64,000 nucleotides of DNA. It comes from Acidimicrobiia bacterium (lineage in GTDB: Bacteria; Actinomycetota; Acidimicrobiia; Acidimicrobiales; JANYDT01). Where the stretch lies: contig JANPFX010000077.1 of NCBI GenBank assembly GCA_031423635.1, positions 6,344 to 70,343 of the forward strand, read 5' to 3'. The notes under the pieces were generated by a model. The model ran no database searches and had not been told where the DNA came from. It worked only from the letters and a program-made list of their open reading frames with translations. Below, piece by piece: positions 1 through 8,829 of this stretch. The translations under genes and the position numbers were made by a program. Positions within the stretch are counted from its first letter, which is position 1. Each line of letters starts with the position of its first letter.

Positions 1-308
1 TGCTGCCGGGACACATCCTCGCACCCCTGCTTCCCGGCGTCGCCGAGATCTGGGAGCAGAGTCAGTGCCCATTCGTCGCGGTTGGTGTGTCCGGCGCCGA
101 CGACGTGTGGAAGAACGGCCGCTGGTTCCCGCGGACCGCGATACGGAGCCGAAACCGTCCCCTCGTGCACGTCCGGGTGGCCGACCCGGTGTTCCCCGGT
201 GGCCTGCCGTGCTCGCTGGAGCGGGTCGAGGAGATCATGGAGGCGAACTGCGTGCAGAGCGCCCACGATCACGAGAAGCGGGTCGCTGAGCTGCTCTCGT
301 GGCGCTGA
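1..308 (+). CDS. 3' end of an unidentified protein-coding gene (5' end outside window)
   Basis: Frame 3 is open from base 3 to the TGA at 306-308, with GC-rich third positions. The C-terminus reads ...LERVEEIMEANCVQSAHDHEKRVAELLSWR. No family recognised. Confidence 0.4.
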   Translation, partial: LPGHILAPLLPGVAEIWEQSQCPFVAVGVSGADDVWKNGRWFPRTAIRSRNRPLVHVRVADPVFPGGLPCSLERVEEIMEANCVQSAHDHEKRVAELLSWR

Positions 309-367
309 TCCGTCGCCCCGGGCTGAGTCGTCGCCCCGGTCGCCTCGGGTGGTTCGACCCGGGCCAG

Positions 368-1027
368 CTACCAGCCGTCGAGGATGGCCCGGCCGCCTGA
401 CGTGCCGATCCGCGTGGCGCCCGCCTCGATCATGGCCCTCGCCGTCGCTGCATCACGGATGCCGCCCGACGCCTTGACGCCGGTGTCCTCGCCGACCGTC
501 TCGGCCATGAGGCGCACGGCGGCCACGGTCGCACCGCCCGAGGGGTGAAAGCCGGTCGACGTCTTCACGAAGTCGGCCCCCGCCGACCTGGCCACACGGC
601 ACGCCTCGACGATCTCGGCGTCGGAGAGGACGCCCGTCTCCAGAATCACCTTGAGCAGAGCGTTGGGCACGGCGGCCGCCACGTCGGCGACGTCGGCTTC
701 GAGCCCGGCCCAGTCGCCCGACTTGATGAGTCCGAGGTTGGCGACCATGTCGACCTCCGAAGCCCCGCCGGCGACCGCGAGCGATGCCTCCATGGCCTTG
801 ATGCGGCTATCGACGGCGCCACTCGGAAAGCCCACCACCGTGCACACCACGATGCCGTCGTCGACCGCATTGACGGCCAGCTCGACGTTGCACGGGCTCA
901 CGCAGACCGCGCCGACCCCCAGCTCGTTCGCCTCGACACACAACGCCACGACCTCGTCGGGTGTGGCCTCGGGACGAAGGAGGGTGAGATCGAGCATGCG
1001 GGCGACATCGGCGCGGGACAGGTCCAT
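368..1027 (-). CDS. deoC: deoxyribose-phosphate aldolase
   Basis: 219-aa ORF with typical DeoC segments: LDLTLLRPEAT, VCVSP, DFVKTSTGF and KASGGIRD. Confidence 0.9.
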   Translation of the reverse strand: MDLSRADVARMLDLTLLRPEATPDEVVALCVEANELGVGAVCVSPCNVELAVNAVDDGIVVCTVVGFPSGAVDSRIKAMEASLAVAGGASEVDMVANLGLIKSGDWAGLEADVADVAAAVPNALLKVILETGVLSDAEIVEACRVARSAGADFVKTSTGFHPSGGATVAAVRLMAETVGEDTGVKASGGIRDAATARAMIEAGATRIGTSGGRAILDGW

Positions 1028-1210
1028 GTCCCCACGTTCTCACGGCGGCGCCGGTCTCCGTTTCCGATCTGCCGACGCTGGTTCATCGCCCGCAATGCGG
1101 AAACTGCCCGGGATTCGTCGCCCAAGCCGGCTTTGCCGGCGACGGAGACCGCATTGGCGGGCGATACGGTCCGTGTGCAGAGGCGGCGCGGAGTTTGGAA
1201 GGATGCCGGG

Positions 1211-2920
1211 GTGACTGATTCGACTTCCCCGGGTCCTGCAGCAGTCCGTCTCGCGGCGCAGCGCTGGCTCGCCTTGGATCCCGACCCGGTCACCAGAGCC
1301 GAGACGCAAGCGCTTCTCGACGCCGCGGCGACCGGCGACGCGAAGGCGGTGGAAGACCTCGCCAACCGCTTCACCGGACGTCTCCAGTTCGGTACGGCTG
1401 GGATTCGGGCTGCCATCGGCGCCGGGCCGCAGCGGATGAACCGGTTGGTCGTGCGGCAAACGGCGGCTGGCGTGGCGGCGGATCTCCGCGCGACGGTGCC
1501 CGACGCGGCGGCGAGGGGCGTGGTCATCGGCGGCGATGCCCGTCACGGGTCGAAGGAGTTCGTGGAAGACATTGCGGCAGTCCTCGCCTCGGCGGGCATC
1601 GCGTCGATGCGGTTTCCCGACCCGACGCCCACCCCGGTGGTGGCGTTTGCGACGAAGCATCTCAAGGTCGCCGCCGGCATCCAGGTCACGGCGAGCCACA
1701 ACCCGCCCGCCGACAACGGGATGAAGGTGTACTGGGGTGACGGCGCCCAGATCGTGCCGCCCATGGATGAGCGCATCGCCGCGGCGATCGACGTGGTGGC
1801 GAACGGTCCCATCGTCCTTGCGGGTCCGGACAGCCCGCTGGCCCAGTTCGTCGACCCGACGCTCGTCGATCAGTACGTGGCAGGGGTGCACGCGCTCGAT
1901 CCGCACACCGCCTCGGCGTCAGAGCGAGCGGCGCTGAAGATCGTCATGACCCCGATGCACGGTGTGGGCGGCGCTCTGCTCGTTCGCATCCTCGGCGAAG
2001 CGGGGTTCGCCCAGGTCGTGCCCGTGGCCGAACAGTTCGCACCCGACCCGGACTTCCCGACGGTGTCGTTCCCCAACCCCGAGGAGCCCGGCGCGCTCGA
2101 CCTGGCGTTCGCCACGGCCCGGCGCGTCGACGCCGACATCATCATTGCCAACGATCCCGACGCCGATCGGTGTGCTCTGGCCGTTGCCGATCCGTCCGCT
2201 GACGGTGGCTGGCGCATGCTCCGGGGTGACGAGGTGGGCTGGGTTCTCGCCGACCATCTCCTGGGGGTACCGTCGGACGACCCGCGTCCGACCCTTCTGA
2301 TCACGACGCTCGTGTCCTCGTCGCTGCTTCGCGAGATGGCGGCGCGTCGGGGTGCGACCTACGTCGAAACGCTCACGGGATTCAAATGGCTCGCCCGGGC
2401 AGCCATGGATCGTCCTGATCATCGCCTCGTCCTCGCCTACGAAGAGGCTCTCGGGTATTGCGTCGGCGACCTCGTTGCCGACAAGGACGGCTTCAGCGCC
2501 GCCCTCGTGGCTGCTGACCTGGCCGCTCGACGCAAGGCCGACGGATCGTCGCTGCTCGGCGCATTACGCGACATCCAGTCGACCTACGGGCGTTACGACA
2601 CCTCACAGTGGTCCCTTCGCTTCGACGGACCCACGGCGGCCGAGGATATGGCGGCGCTCATGGTCCGAGCCCGCGCCGCACACCCGGCGGAGATCGCCGG
2701 ATGCGCCGTGGTGGAAGAGCGGGACTACCTCACCACCAATCCGCCGGCGGACGTCGTCGTGTTCTCGCTCGGCGAGACCGGGCGCATCACGGTGCGCCCG
2801 AGCGGGACCGAACCGAAGTGCAAGGTCTACTTCGAGGTCGTGTCGCATGAAGGCGCGGCCGCCGTCACAGTCGACGAGCTCCGACTCGCCATGGCTCTGC
2901 TGCTGGGTGTCCCGGCGTGA
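1211..2920 (+). CDS. phospho-sugar mutase (alpha-D-phosphohexomutase superfamily; phosphopentomutase-like role suggested by context)
   Basis: GTG at 1211 lies 8 nt after GGAAGGA. Catalytic Ser loop TASHNPPADNG and metal loop ANDPDADR are present. The ORF-track start at 545 runs antisense through deoC and is rejected. Confidence 0.85.
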   Translation: MTDSTSPGPAAVRLAAQRWLALDPDPVTRAETQALLDAAATGDAKAVEDLANRFTGRLQFGTAGIRAAIGAGPQRMNRLVVRQTAAGVAADLRATVPDAAARGVVIGGDARHGSKEFVEDIAAVLASAGIASMRFPDPTPTPVVAFATKHLKVAAGIQVTASHNPPADNGMKVYWGDGAQIVPPMDERIAAAIDVVANGPIVLAGPDSPLAQFVDPTLVDQYVAGVHALDPHTASASERAALKIVMTPMHGVGGALLVRILGEAGFAQVVPVAEQFAPDPDFPTVSFPNPEEPGALDLAFATARRVDADIIIANDPDADRCALAVADPSADGGWRMLRGDEVGWVLADHLLGVPSDDPRPTLLITTLVSSSLLREMAARRGATYVETLTGFKWLARAAMDRPDHRLVLAYEEALGYCVGDLVADKDGFSAALVAADLAARRKADGSSLLGALRDIQSTYGRYDTSQWSLRFDGPTAAEDMAALMVRARAAHPAEIAGCAVVEERDYLTTNPPADVVVFSLGETGRITVRPSGTEPKCKVYFEVVSHEGAAAVTVDELRLAMALLLGVPA

Positions 2921-2977
2921 TCTGGCGTGTTCGTCGCGTGTCTGGCCATGGCTCTGCTGCTGGGTGTCCCGGCGTGA
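2888..2977. repeat. perfect 33-bp direct duplication of the mutase 3' end (copies at 2888-2920 and 2945-2977)
   Basis: GCCATGGCTCTGCTGCTGGGTGTCCCGGCGTGA is read twice, 57 bp apart. Copy 1 is the last 10 codons plus stop of the mutase. Copy 2 lies in the spacer before the next gene. Confidence 0.95.
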
Positions 2978-3002
2978 ACCGTCGGACGACAAGGGAACGC
3001 TG

Positions 3003-4496
3003 ATGCCCGAGCTCGGGCGGCTCCAGTGGGACCGGTCCTTCGTCAGCGTCCGCGCCGATCCAGCAGTTCCGCTGCTCGCTCACGTGCGGGCGACCGGTTC
3101 GACCGCAGCTCCCGTGACCGTCCTCGTGATCGTGTCCCCCCTCGCGTCCCACATCGCCGTCGAGCCGGGCATCGAGGAGCTTGTTCGTTCGGGCCGTCGC
3201 GTCGTTGTCGCCGATCACCCCGGCACCGGTGGGAGTGACGAGTGGGCGGGGTCACTTGATGACTGGATCGACCAGGTCGGTGGCGCGGTGGATGCCGGCG
3301 TGCTCGTCGCCATGGGTCCGGCCGCGGGCGACCCCATGGAGCTCGCCGCACTTGCCGAGCGGTTGGAGCCGCGCGCTGATGGAGCCCACCTCGCCGCGGC
3401 CATCGATGCCGTGCGCTCGGCCTGGGTCTTCGGTCCGTGGCACGAACGAACGTCCACGGCCCGTCTGAGCGCCGCAGTCCCCGACGCCGCGGCGCTGCAC
3501 GTTGGGGCGTTGCGTCTCCTCGAGTCACCGTCCACACTCGCCGAGCGCGGTGCCTGGTTCGACGGGCTCGCCTCGCACGTTTTCAGGACACGACGGGCGA
3601 GCCAGGACCCTGACCCGACCCGATCATACGTACTCACACGATTCGGGCAGGTGCACATCCGGACGAAAGGTCGTCGCACCCGGCGACCGACGCTCCTCGC
3701 ACTGCATCCGTCCCCCGGGTCGGCGCGTCCTTATGCGCACATAGCGGGTCGGCTCGGATCGACTCGCCGGGTTGTCGCTCCCGACATGCTCGGCAACGGT
3801 GACTCCGACGGCCCCGTGGTCCACCACGCGCTCGTCGATGCACTGTCCCCGGAGTTCAGCGACACCTGCGGTACGTCGCGCACACTGGCCGACTATGCGG
3901 ACGAGGCGATCGCAGTGCTCGATGGGCTCGGTGAAATCGAGCCCATCGACATCTGGGGCAACCACACCGGCGCACTCATTGGAATGGAGTTGGCAATCCG
4001 CCATCCCCATCGAGTGCGACGACTGGTCATGGACGGCATCACGATCTTCGACCCCGCGGAGAAGGCCGACATCCTCACCCACTACCTGCCGCCGTTCGAA
4101 CTCGACGACCATGGCGCCCACCTGTTGCGCGCCTGGGGCATGCGTCACGACATGATCCTGTTCTGGCCGTGGTATCGGACGAACCCGTCAGGGTGGCGTC
4201 CTCTCGGCGCGGTCGAGCCGAGGGCATTGCACGCCATCACGATGGAACTGCTTCGCAGCGGCCCGACGTTCCGTACCGCCTACGACGCCGCCTTCCGCTA
4301 CCCGACCACGGCCCGGTTGCCGCTGCTGACCGTTCCGGCCATGCTCACAGTGTTTCCCGCCGACCCACTCGCCGGCGCGGCCGACGAGGCGTGCCGACTC
4401 CTCCCGTCATTGCAGCGGGCCGACATCGGTGGGTACGGCCCCGATCAGCTCGACGCGTCCGTGGGAGTGATCACCGGATTCCTCGACGCGCCGTGA
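3003..4496 (+). CDS. alpha/beta-hydrolase-fold protein (two-lobed, 497 aa)
   Basis: ATG at 3003 is in frame with ORF 2352..4496. The C-terminal half resembles epoxide-hydrolase/haloalkane-dehalogenase folds (LLALHPSPGS, DMLGNGDSD, IWGNHTGALIGMELA, RLVMDG). The nucleophile elbow reads G-N-H-T-G. Confidence 0.65.
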   Translation: MPELGRLQWDRSFVSVRADPAVPLLAHVRATGSTAAPVTVLVIVSPLASHIAVEPGIEELVRSGRRVVVADHPGTGGSDEWAGSLDDWIDQVGGAVDAGVLVAMGPAAGDPMELAALAERLEPRADGAHLAAAIDAVRSAWVFGPWHERTSTARLSAAVPDAAALHVGALRLLESPSTLAERGAWFDGLASHVFRTRRASQDPDPTRSYVLTRFGQVHIRTKGRRTRRPTLLALHPSPGSARPYAHIAGRLGSTRRVVAPDMLGNGDSDGPVVHHALVDALSPEFSDTCGTSRTLADYADEAIAVLDGLGEIEPIDIWGNHTGALIGMELAIRHPHRVRRLVMDGITIFDPAEKADILTHYLPPFELDDHGAHLLRAWGMRHDMILFWPWYRTNPSGWRPLGAVEPRALHAITMELLRSGPTFRTAYDAAFRYPTTARLPLLTVPAMLTVFPADPLAGAADEACRLLPSLQRADIGGYGPDQLDASVGVITGFLDAP

Positions 4497-4507
4497 TTCG
4501 ATCGGAC

Positions 4508-5866
4508 CTACGCCAGCCACCAGCCCGGGAGTGCTGTTCGGGTGCCTGACGCATACTTCGCCAACCGCTCACGGCCGGTCGTGCTCAGCAGGTCGATGAT
4601 GTCGAAGTACGCGGACGGCCCGGCCGAACGGAGTGCCCTCGCCGGTTCAGTGTTGCGTTCGGGGAGATGGGTGGTCAGAAGCACGACCGGGCACCCGTCG
4701 ACATGGTCGCGAATGGCGTGCAGACGGCCAAGGGTGTCCCACACCGCACCGGCGTTGGTCATTCCTGCCCGATGAGTCGTATGCGCGCCGACGATCTTGA
4801 AGTACCACGTCTTCCCGTGATTGTCGGTGGCTCGGAAATCGACCGACACACCCGTTTTGGCGATCTTCGGCGAGACGCTGTCGATGATGAACCCGGCAGC
4901 CCGCAGAACGGAGTCGGCGAGCTTCGCCGCGCCCATCGAATCATCTCCTTCGAGGTCATCCGTACGCATGCCTTCGGCGGCAACCCGGGCACGGGCGATT
5001 TCCACGTACGCAGGATCGAGGTCGTAGCCGATGTAGCGCCGACCGAGGCGCGACGCGGCAACCATTGACGAACCACTGCCGAGGAACGGATCGAGCACCA
5101 AGTCGTTTTCATACGTATACAGACGAATAAGCTGCTCGGGAAGCTCGACCGGGAAGGGCGCCGGATGACCGACCCGCTTCGCCGACTCCGGCGCGATGTC
5201 CCACAGGTCGAGCGTCAGCGAGAGGAAGTCGTCGGTGGCGATCGTGGCAGTGTGCGGGAGGTTCTCCTTCGCCCGTGTGGCCGCGTTGCGCGCTCGATCA
5301 AAGCGACCCTTCGACGCGATGATGATGCGTTCGGTGAGGTCGCGGAGCACCGGATTCGCCGGGCTGCGGTATGAACCCCAGGCGCACGACCCGGTTGCGC
5401 CGACGGCCTTGCGCCAGATGACCTCGCCCCGCAGCAGGACTCCGAGGTCGTCCTGCAGGATGTGGATCACGTCGGCCGACAGACTGCGGTAGGGCTTGCG
5501 TCCGAGGTTGGCGACATTGACCGCGATACGTCCGCCGGGTTCGAGGACCCGGACACACTCGGTGAACACCTCGCGGAGCATGGCAAGGAACTCGACGTAG
5601 GACGACGGCACGTGATCTGCGGTCAGTTCCTCCTCGTACTGCTTGCCGGCAAAGTAAGGCGGCGACGTGACGACGAGCGCGACCGAACCGTCCGCAAGCG
5701 CGGCCATCGAGCGCGAGTCCCCACAGACGAACGGCTCGGCAATAGCGAACGGCGCCAGCACCGTGTCATCGTCGGACAGCCTGGGAGCGGTGAAGCGCGT
5801 GTAGAAGCCCGTGGCGTCGTGGGCCTCCCGGCGGCCCGATCCAAAATTCGATGTCGTCGTGGCCAC
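4508..5866 (-). CDS. site-specific DNA methyltransferase (beta-class N4/N6) with ~130-aa uncharacterised C-terminal domain
   Basis: Motif IV (VVTSPPYF) precedes motif I (LDPFLGSGSSMVAA). That order is the beta-class permutation of N6_N4 methyltransferases. The C-terminal region from about AAKLADSVLRAAGF to the end has no family I recognise. Confidence 0.85.
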   Translation of the reverse strand: MATTTSNFGSGRREAHDATGFYTRFTAPRLSDDDTVLAPFAIAEPFVCGDSRSMAALADGSVALVVTSPPYFAGKQYEEELTADHVPSSYVEFLAMLREVFTECVRVLEPGGRIAVNVANLGRKPYRSLSADVIHILQDDLGVLLRGEVIWRKAVGATGSCAWGSYRSPANPVLRDLTERIIIASKGRFDRARNAATRAKENLPHTATIATDDFLSLTLDLWDIAPESAKRVGHPAPFPVELPEQLIRLYTYENDLVLDPFLGSGSSMVAASRLGRRYIGYDLDPAYVEIARARVAAEGMRTDDLEGDDSMGAAKLADSVLRAAGFIIDSVSPKIAKTGVSVDFRATDNHGKTWYFKIVGAHTTHRAGMTNAGAVWDTLGRLHAIRDHVDGCPVVLLTTHLPERNTEPARALRSAGPSAYFDIIDLLSTTGRERLAKYASGTRTALPGWWLA

Positions 5867-5994
5867 GGTGGTAACGACGGTAGTGGGCAGCCGCGCGCGC
5901 CGCGAGTCTCGTGGGCCAGCTCACTCGCTTGGGCCGGCAAACACCGGGAAAACCACGGTCTGCTGGCCGGAGCGAGCCGGCCGGCCCACGGTCG

Positions 5995-7092
5995 CTAGGC
6001 CGCTGCGAGTTCGGCGGCGAGCGCCGCGTAGCGCGGTTTGATGACCTGCTCGATGAGGTGCAGGCGCCCGTCGAAGGCCCAGAATGCGCTCTTCATGCCG
6101 TTGACGGTGAACCAGCGGAGATCGTCGAGGCCATAGTCGAAGGTGTCGCACAGCGTGGCGAACTCCGACGACATGGAGCAGCCGCTCATCAGCCGGTTGT
6201 CGGTGTTCACCGTCACCCGGAACCGGAGTCGTTTGAGCAGGTGAATGGGATGCTCAGCGATGGACCGCGCCGCGCCGGTGTGCACGTTCGAAGTCGGGCA
6301 CATCTCGAGCGGCACCCGTCGATCGCGGACGTAGGAAGCCAAACGGCCGAGCGCGTACGTGCCGTCGGGCCGCATGGTGATGTCGTCGACGATGCGTACT
6401 CCGTGGCCGAGGCGCTCGGCACCGCAGTACTGCAGCGCCTCGTGGATCGACGGCAGACCGAACGCTTCGCCGGCATGGATCGTCGTATGGAAGTTCGCCT
6501 CGTGGATGCGATTGAACGCCCCGAGATGACGAGACGGCGGGAAGCCGTCCTCCGGTCCAGCGATGTCGAAACCGATCACGTTGTTGTCCCGATGGCGGAT
6601 CGCCAGCTCGGCGATCTCGAACGAGTGCGCCTCCTGGCGCATCGCCGACAGCAGGGTGCCGATGGTGATGGTGTTCCCGGCGGATTCGGCCGACTTGCGA
6701 CCGAGCTCGAAGCCCTCGACGACGGCGTCGACAACGTCGTCGAGGCTGAGGCCCTTCTTGAGGTGCTGTTCGGGGGCGAAGCGGATCTCGGCATAGACGA
6801 CGCCGTCGGCGGCGAGGTCCTCGGCGGCCTCCGCAGCGATTCGGGTGAGCGCGTCACGGTCCTGCATCACGCCAACGGTGTGGTCGAAGGTGGAGAGGTA
6901 CAGCGGAAGCGACAGCCGGTCGGCGCCTTCGCGGATCTTCGCCGCAAGTTCGTCCGGGTCGGTCGAGGGCAGGCCGGCGTAGCCGAACTCCTTGGCCAGC
7001 TCGATCATCGTTTGGGGACGCAATCCGCCATCGAGATGATCGTGGAGCAGGACCTTCGGGGCTCGGCGGATGACTTCCAGCGAAAGGCTCAT
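5995..7092 (-). CDS. add: adenosine deaminase
   Basis: Start at MSLSLEVIRRAPKVLLHDHLDGGLR (metal-binding HxH region), with TIHAGE and NTDN-type segments later. Length is 365 aa. The upstream 70 codons of ORF 5995..7302 look non-coding. Confidence 0.9.
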   Translation of the reverse strand: MSLSLEVIRRAPKVLLHDHLDGGLRPQTMIELAKEFGYAGLPSTDPDELAAKIREGADRLSLPLYLSTFDHTVGVMQDRDALTRIAAEAAEDLAADGVVYAEIRFAPEQHLKKGLSLDDVVDAVVEGFELGRKSAESAGNTITIGTLLSAMRQEAHSFEIAELAIRHRDNNVIGFDIAGPEDGFPPSRHLGAFNRIHEANFHTTIHAGEAFGLPSIHEALQYCGAERLGHGVRIVDDITMRPDGTYALGRLASYVRDRRVPLEMCPTSNVHTGAARSIAEHPIHLLKRLRFRVTVNTDNRLMSGCSMSSEFATLCDTFDYGLDDLRWFTVNGMKSAFWAFDGRLHLIEQVIKPRYAALAAELAAA

Positions 7093-7218
7093 GTCCCATT
7101 CTTGCCTGCGACCGAGAGGGTGGCGCCCCGCACCACGGCCGCGCCCGCGGTGAGCGGTCACGGACGTCCGACCGCAGGTCCGGCCGATCTCGCCCCTTCT
7201 CGCGTAACCTCGCCTGCC

Positions 7219-7629
7219 ATGTCGGATCGTCAGCGGATTTCGTCGGGTCTGCCCTACGAGCTCATCGTCGGGTACAGCCGGGCCATCCGTGTCCACGAGC
7301 ACGTCTACGTCTCCGGCACCACCCCGCAGTGGGAGAACGGCACGGTCGACCCCGATCCGGAGCGTCAGGTGCGGCGCTGCTTCGAGATCATCGAGAAGGC
7401 GCTGATGGAGGCGGGCGGTTCATTGGCCGGCGTCGTCCGCACGCGTATCTACCTGACGAGCACCGACACGGTGCGGGCCGTCGAGAAGGTGCACGGCGAA
7501 CTGTTCGGAGACGTCCGTCCGGCGAACTCCACGGTCGTCGTGGCGGCACTCCTCAATCCGGCCTGGAAGGTCGAGATCGAAGCCGACGCCGTCATCGGGT
7601 CGAGGGACCGCGAACGCACCGGGAGCTGA
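7219..7629 (+). CDS. RidA/YjgF-family protein
   Basis: 136 aa starting MSDRQRISSGLPYE...VYVSGTTP...RTRIYL...VEIEADAV. This is the in-frame distal part of ORF 5911..7629. Confidence 0.75.
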   Translation: MSDRQRISSGLPYELIVGYSRAIRVHEHVYVSGTTPQWENGTVDPDPERQVRRCFEIIEKALMEAGGSLAGVVRTRIYLTSTDTVRAVEKVHGELFGDVRPANSTVVVAALLNPAWKVEIEADAVIGSRDRERTGS

Positions 7630-7635
7630 GCCGTC

Positions 7636-8589
7636 ATGACCGGGCCGTCCACACCTCGGGTCCTCATCGACTGCGATCCCGGTCACGACGATGTCTTCGC
7701 GATCGCCGTCGCGGCGCAGCACTGTGCCATCGTCGGGGTCACGACGGTAGCGGGCAACTCTCCGCTGACGAACACCACCCGTAACGCGTTGATCGCCATG
7801 GATCTGTTCGGTCTGCACTTCGTGCCGGTGCACAGCGGGTCTGCAGTACCGGTGAATGGTCAAGAGGGACGCTATCCCGAGGCGCATGGGCGTTCCGGTC
7901 TCGATGGGCCGGTGCCCCGCACACCCTCGCGCGGTGTCGACGGGACCGACGCCGTATCGTTCATCATCGACACGGTGCGGGCGACCGAAGGATTGTGGCT
8001 CGTCCCGATCGGTCCCCTGACCAACATCGCCCTTGCGCTGCGCCGCGCCCCCGACATCTCGCGACGAGTGGCCGGCATCTCGATCATGGGTGGGTCACTG
8101 ACGCACGGGAACATGACGAGTGCGGCGGAGTTCAACATCTGGTTCGACCCCGAGGCCGCCGACGAGGTGTTCCGGTCCGGCGCGCCGATGATGATGTGCG
8201 GCCTCGACCTGACCCATCAGGTAGCGGCCGACGGGAGATTCATCGACGCGTTGGAGTCGCACGGGACCGACACCTCGCGTTTCTGTGCCGAGCTGATGCG
8301 CTTCTACCACGGGTACTCAGCGCGCTTAGTTCACCTGGAGGGCGAGTCCGCGTATCGTCACCGGGTCCCGATGCATGATCCCTGCGCGGTGATGGCGATC
8401 ACCCATCCGCACCTCTTCACCGTCGAACGCCTGCACGTCGTGGTCGAGACTGCGGGGACGCACACCCGGGGCATGACCCACCCGGACCTCCGCCCGTGGG
8501 CCGACCCGACCCGTGCGAACGTCGACGCTGTCGTCGTCGCCCGCCGTGATCAGGCGCTCGATGTCGTTCTTGGCGCCCTGATGCGTTGA
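7636..8589 (+). CDS. nucleoside hydrolase (inosine/uridine-preferring family)
   Basis: N-terminal Asp cluster VLIDCDPGHDD, with TNIALAL and AEFNIWFDPEAA segments. Confidence 0.85.
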   Translation: MTGPSTPRVLIDCDPGHDDVFAIAVAAQHCAIVGVTTVAGNSPLTNTTRNALIAMDLFGLHFVPVHSGSAVPVNGQEGRYPEAHGRSGLDGPVPRTPSRGVDGTDAVSFIIDTVRATEGLWLVPIGPLTNIALALRRAPDISRRVAGISIMGGSLTHGNMTSAAEFNIWFDPEAADEVFRSGAPMMMCGLDLTHQVAADGRFIDALESHGTDTSRFCAELMRFYHGYSARLVHLEGESAYRHRVPMHDPCAVMAITHPHLFTVERLHVVVETAGTHTRGMTHPDLRPWADPTRANVDAVVVARRDQALDVVLGALMR

Positions 8590-8677
8590 CGGTGATCGTC
8601 CGCCGGCCCGGGCCGGCCTTCACCAGCATCGCGGTTGGGATCGGTTGCCCAACGGTCGGAACCGGTCGCCATCTGCG

Positions 8678-8825
8678 GCTGAACGCCTCCTAGCCACGTT
8701 CGGAGGTGTTCTGCCCCCATATATGGGGGCAACCTCTCTCCCAGTGGCACCGGCCACTCGTGTTGCGAGCAGTCGAGCGAAGCGAGCGGCGCAGCGCCAT
8801 TGAACAGAGGGGCAACCTCTCTTCC
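8678..8825 (+). repeat. modular intergenic repeat, copy 1 (hairpin - palindrome - A box - 66-nt segment - A box)
   Basis: Degenerate hairpin 8678-8714. Palindrome GCCCCCATATATGGGGGC at 8713-8730. GGGGCAACCTCTCTCCC at 8726-8742 and GGGGCAACCTCTCTTCC at 8809-8825. The core GCCACTCGTGTTGCGAGCAGTCGAGCGAAGCGAGCGGCGCAGCGCC lies between the two boxes. Confidence 0.9.
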
Positions 8826-8829
8826 AATG

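Noticed and set aside
545-1210. Long N-terminal extension of the mutase ORF (545..2920), and likewise of 2352..4496, 5911..7629, 22847..24070, 39964..41523 and 48939..50369.
   Set aside because: The extensions run antisense or out of phase through neighbouring well-supported genes and have Arg/Pro/Gly-rich junk composition. Internal starts with an RBS or overlap coupling give proteins of canonical length.
2948-2977. Mini-ORF MALLLGVPA in the duplicated segment, considered as a real leader peptide.
   Set aside because: It exists only because the gene terminus was duplicated. There is no RBS and no independent evidence.
5995-7092. Adenosine deaminase next to a methyltransferase as a possible RADAR-like or nucleotide-depletion defence module.
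   Set aside because: The deaminase is a standard 365-aa housekeeping Add. It is embedded with deoC, cdd, a nucleoside hydrolase and a nucleoside importer. No RADAR-type ATPase is present.
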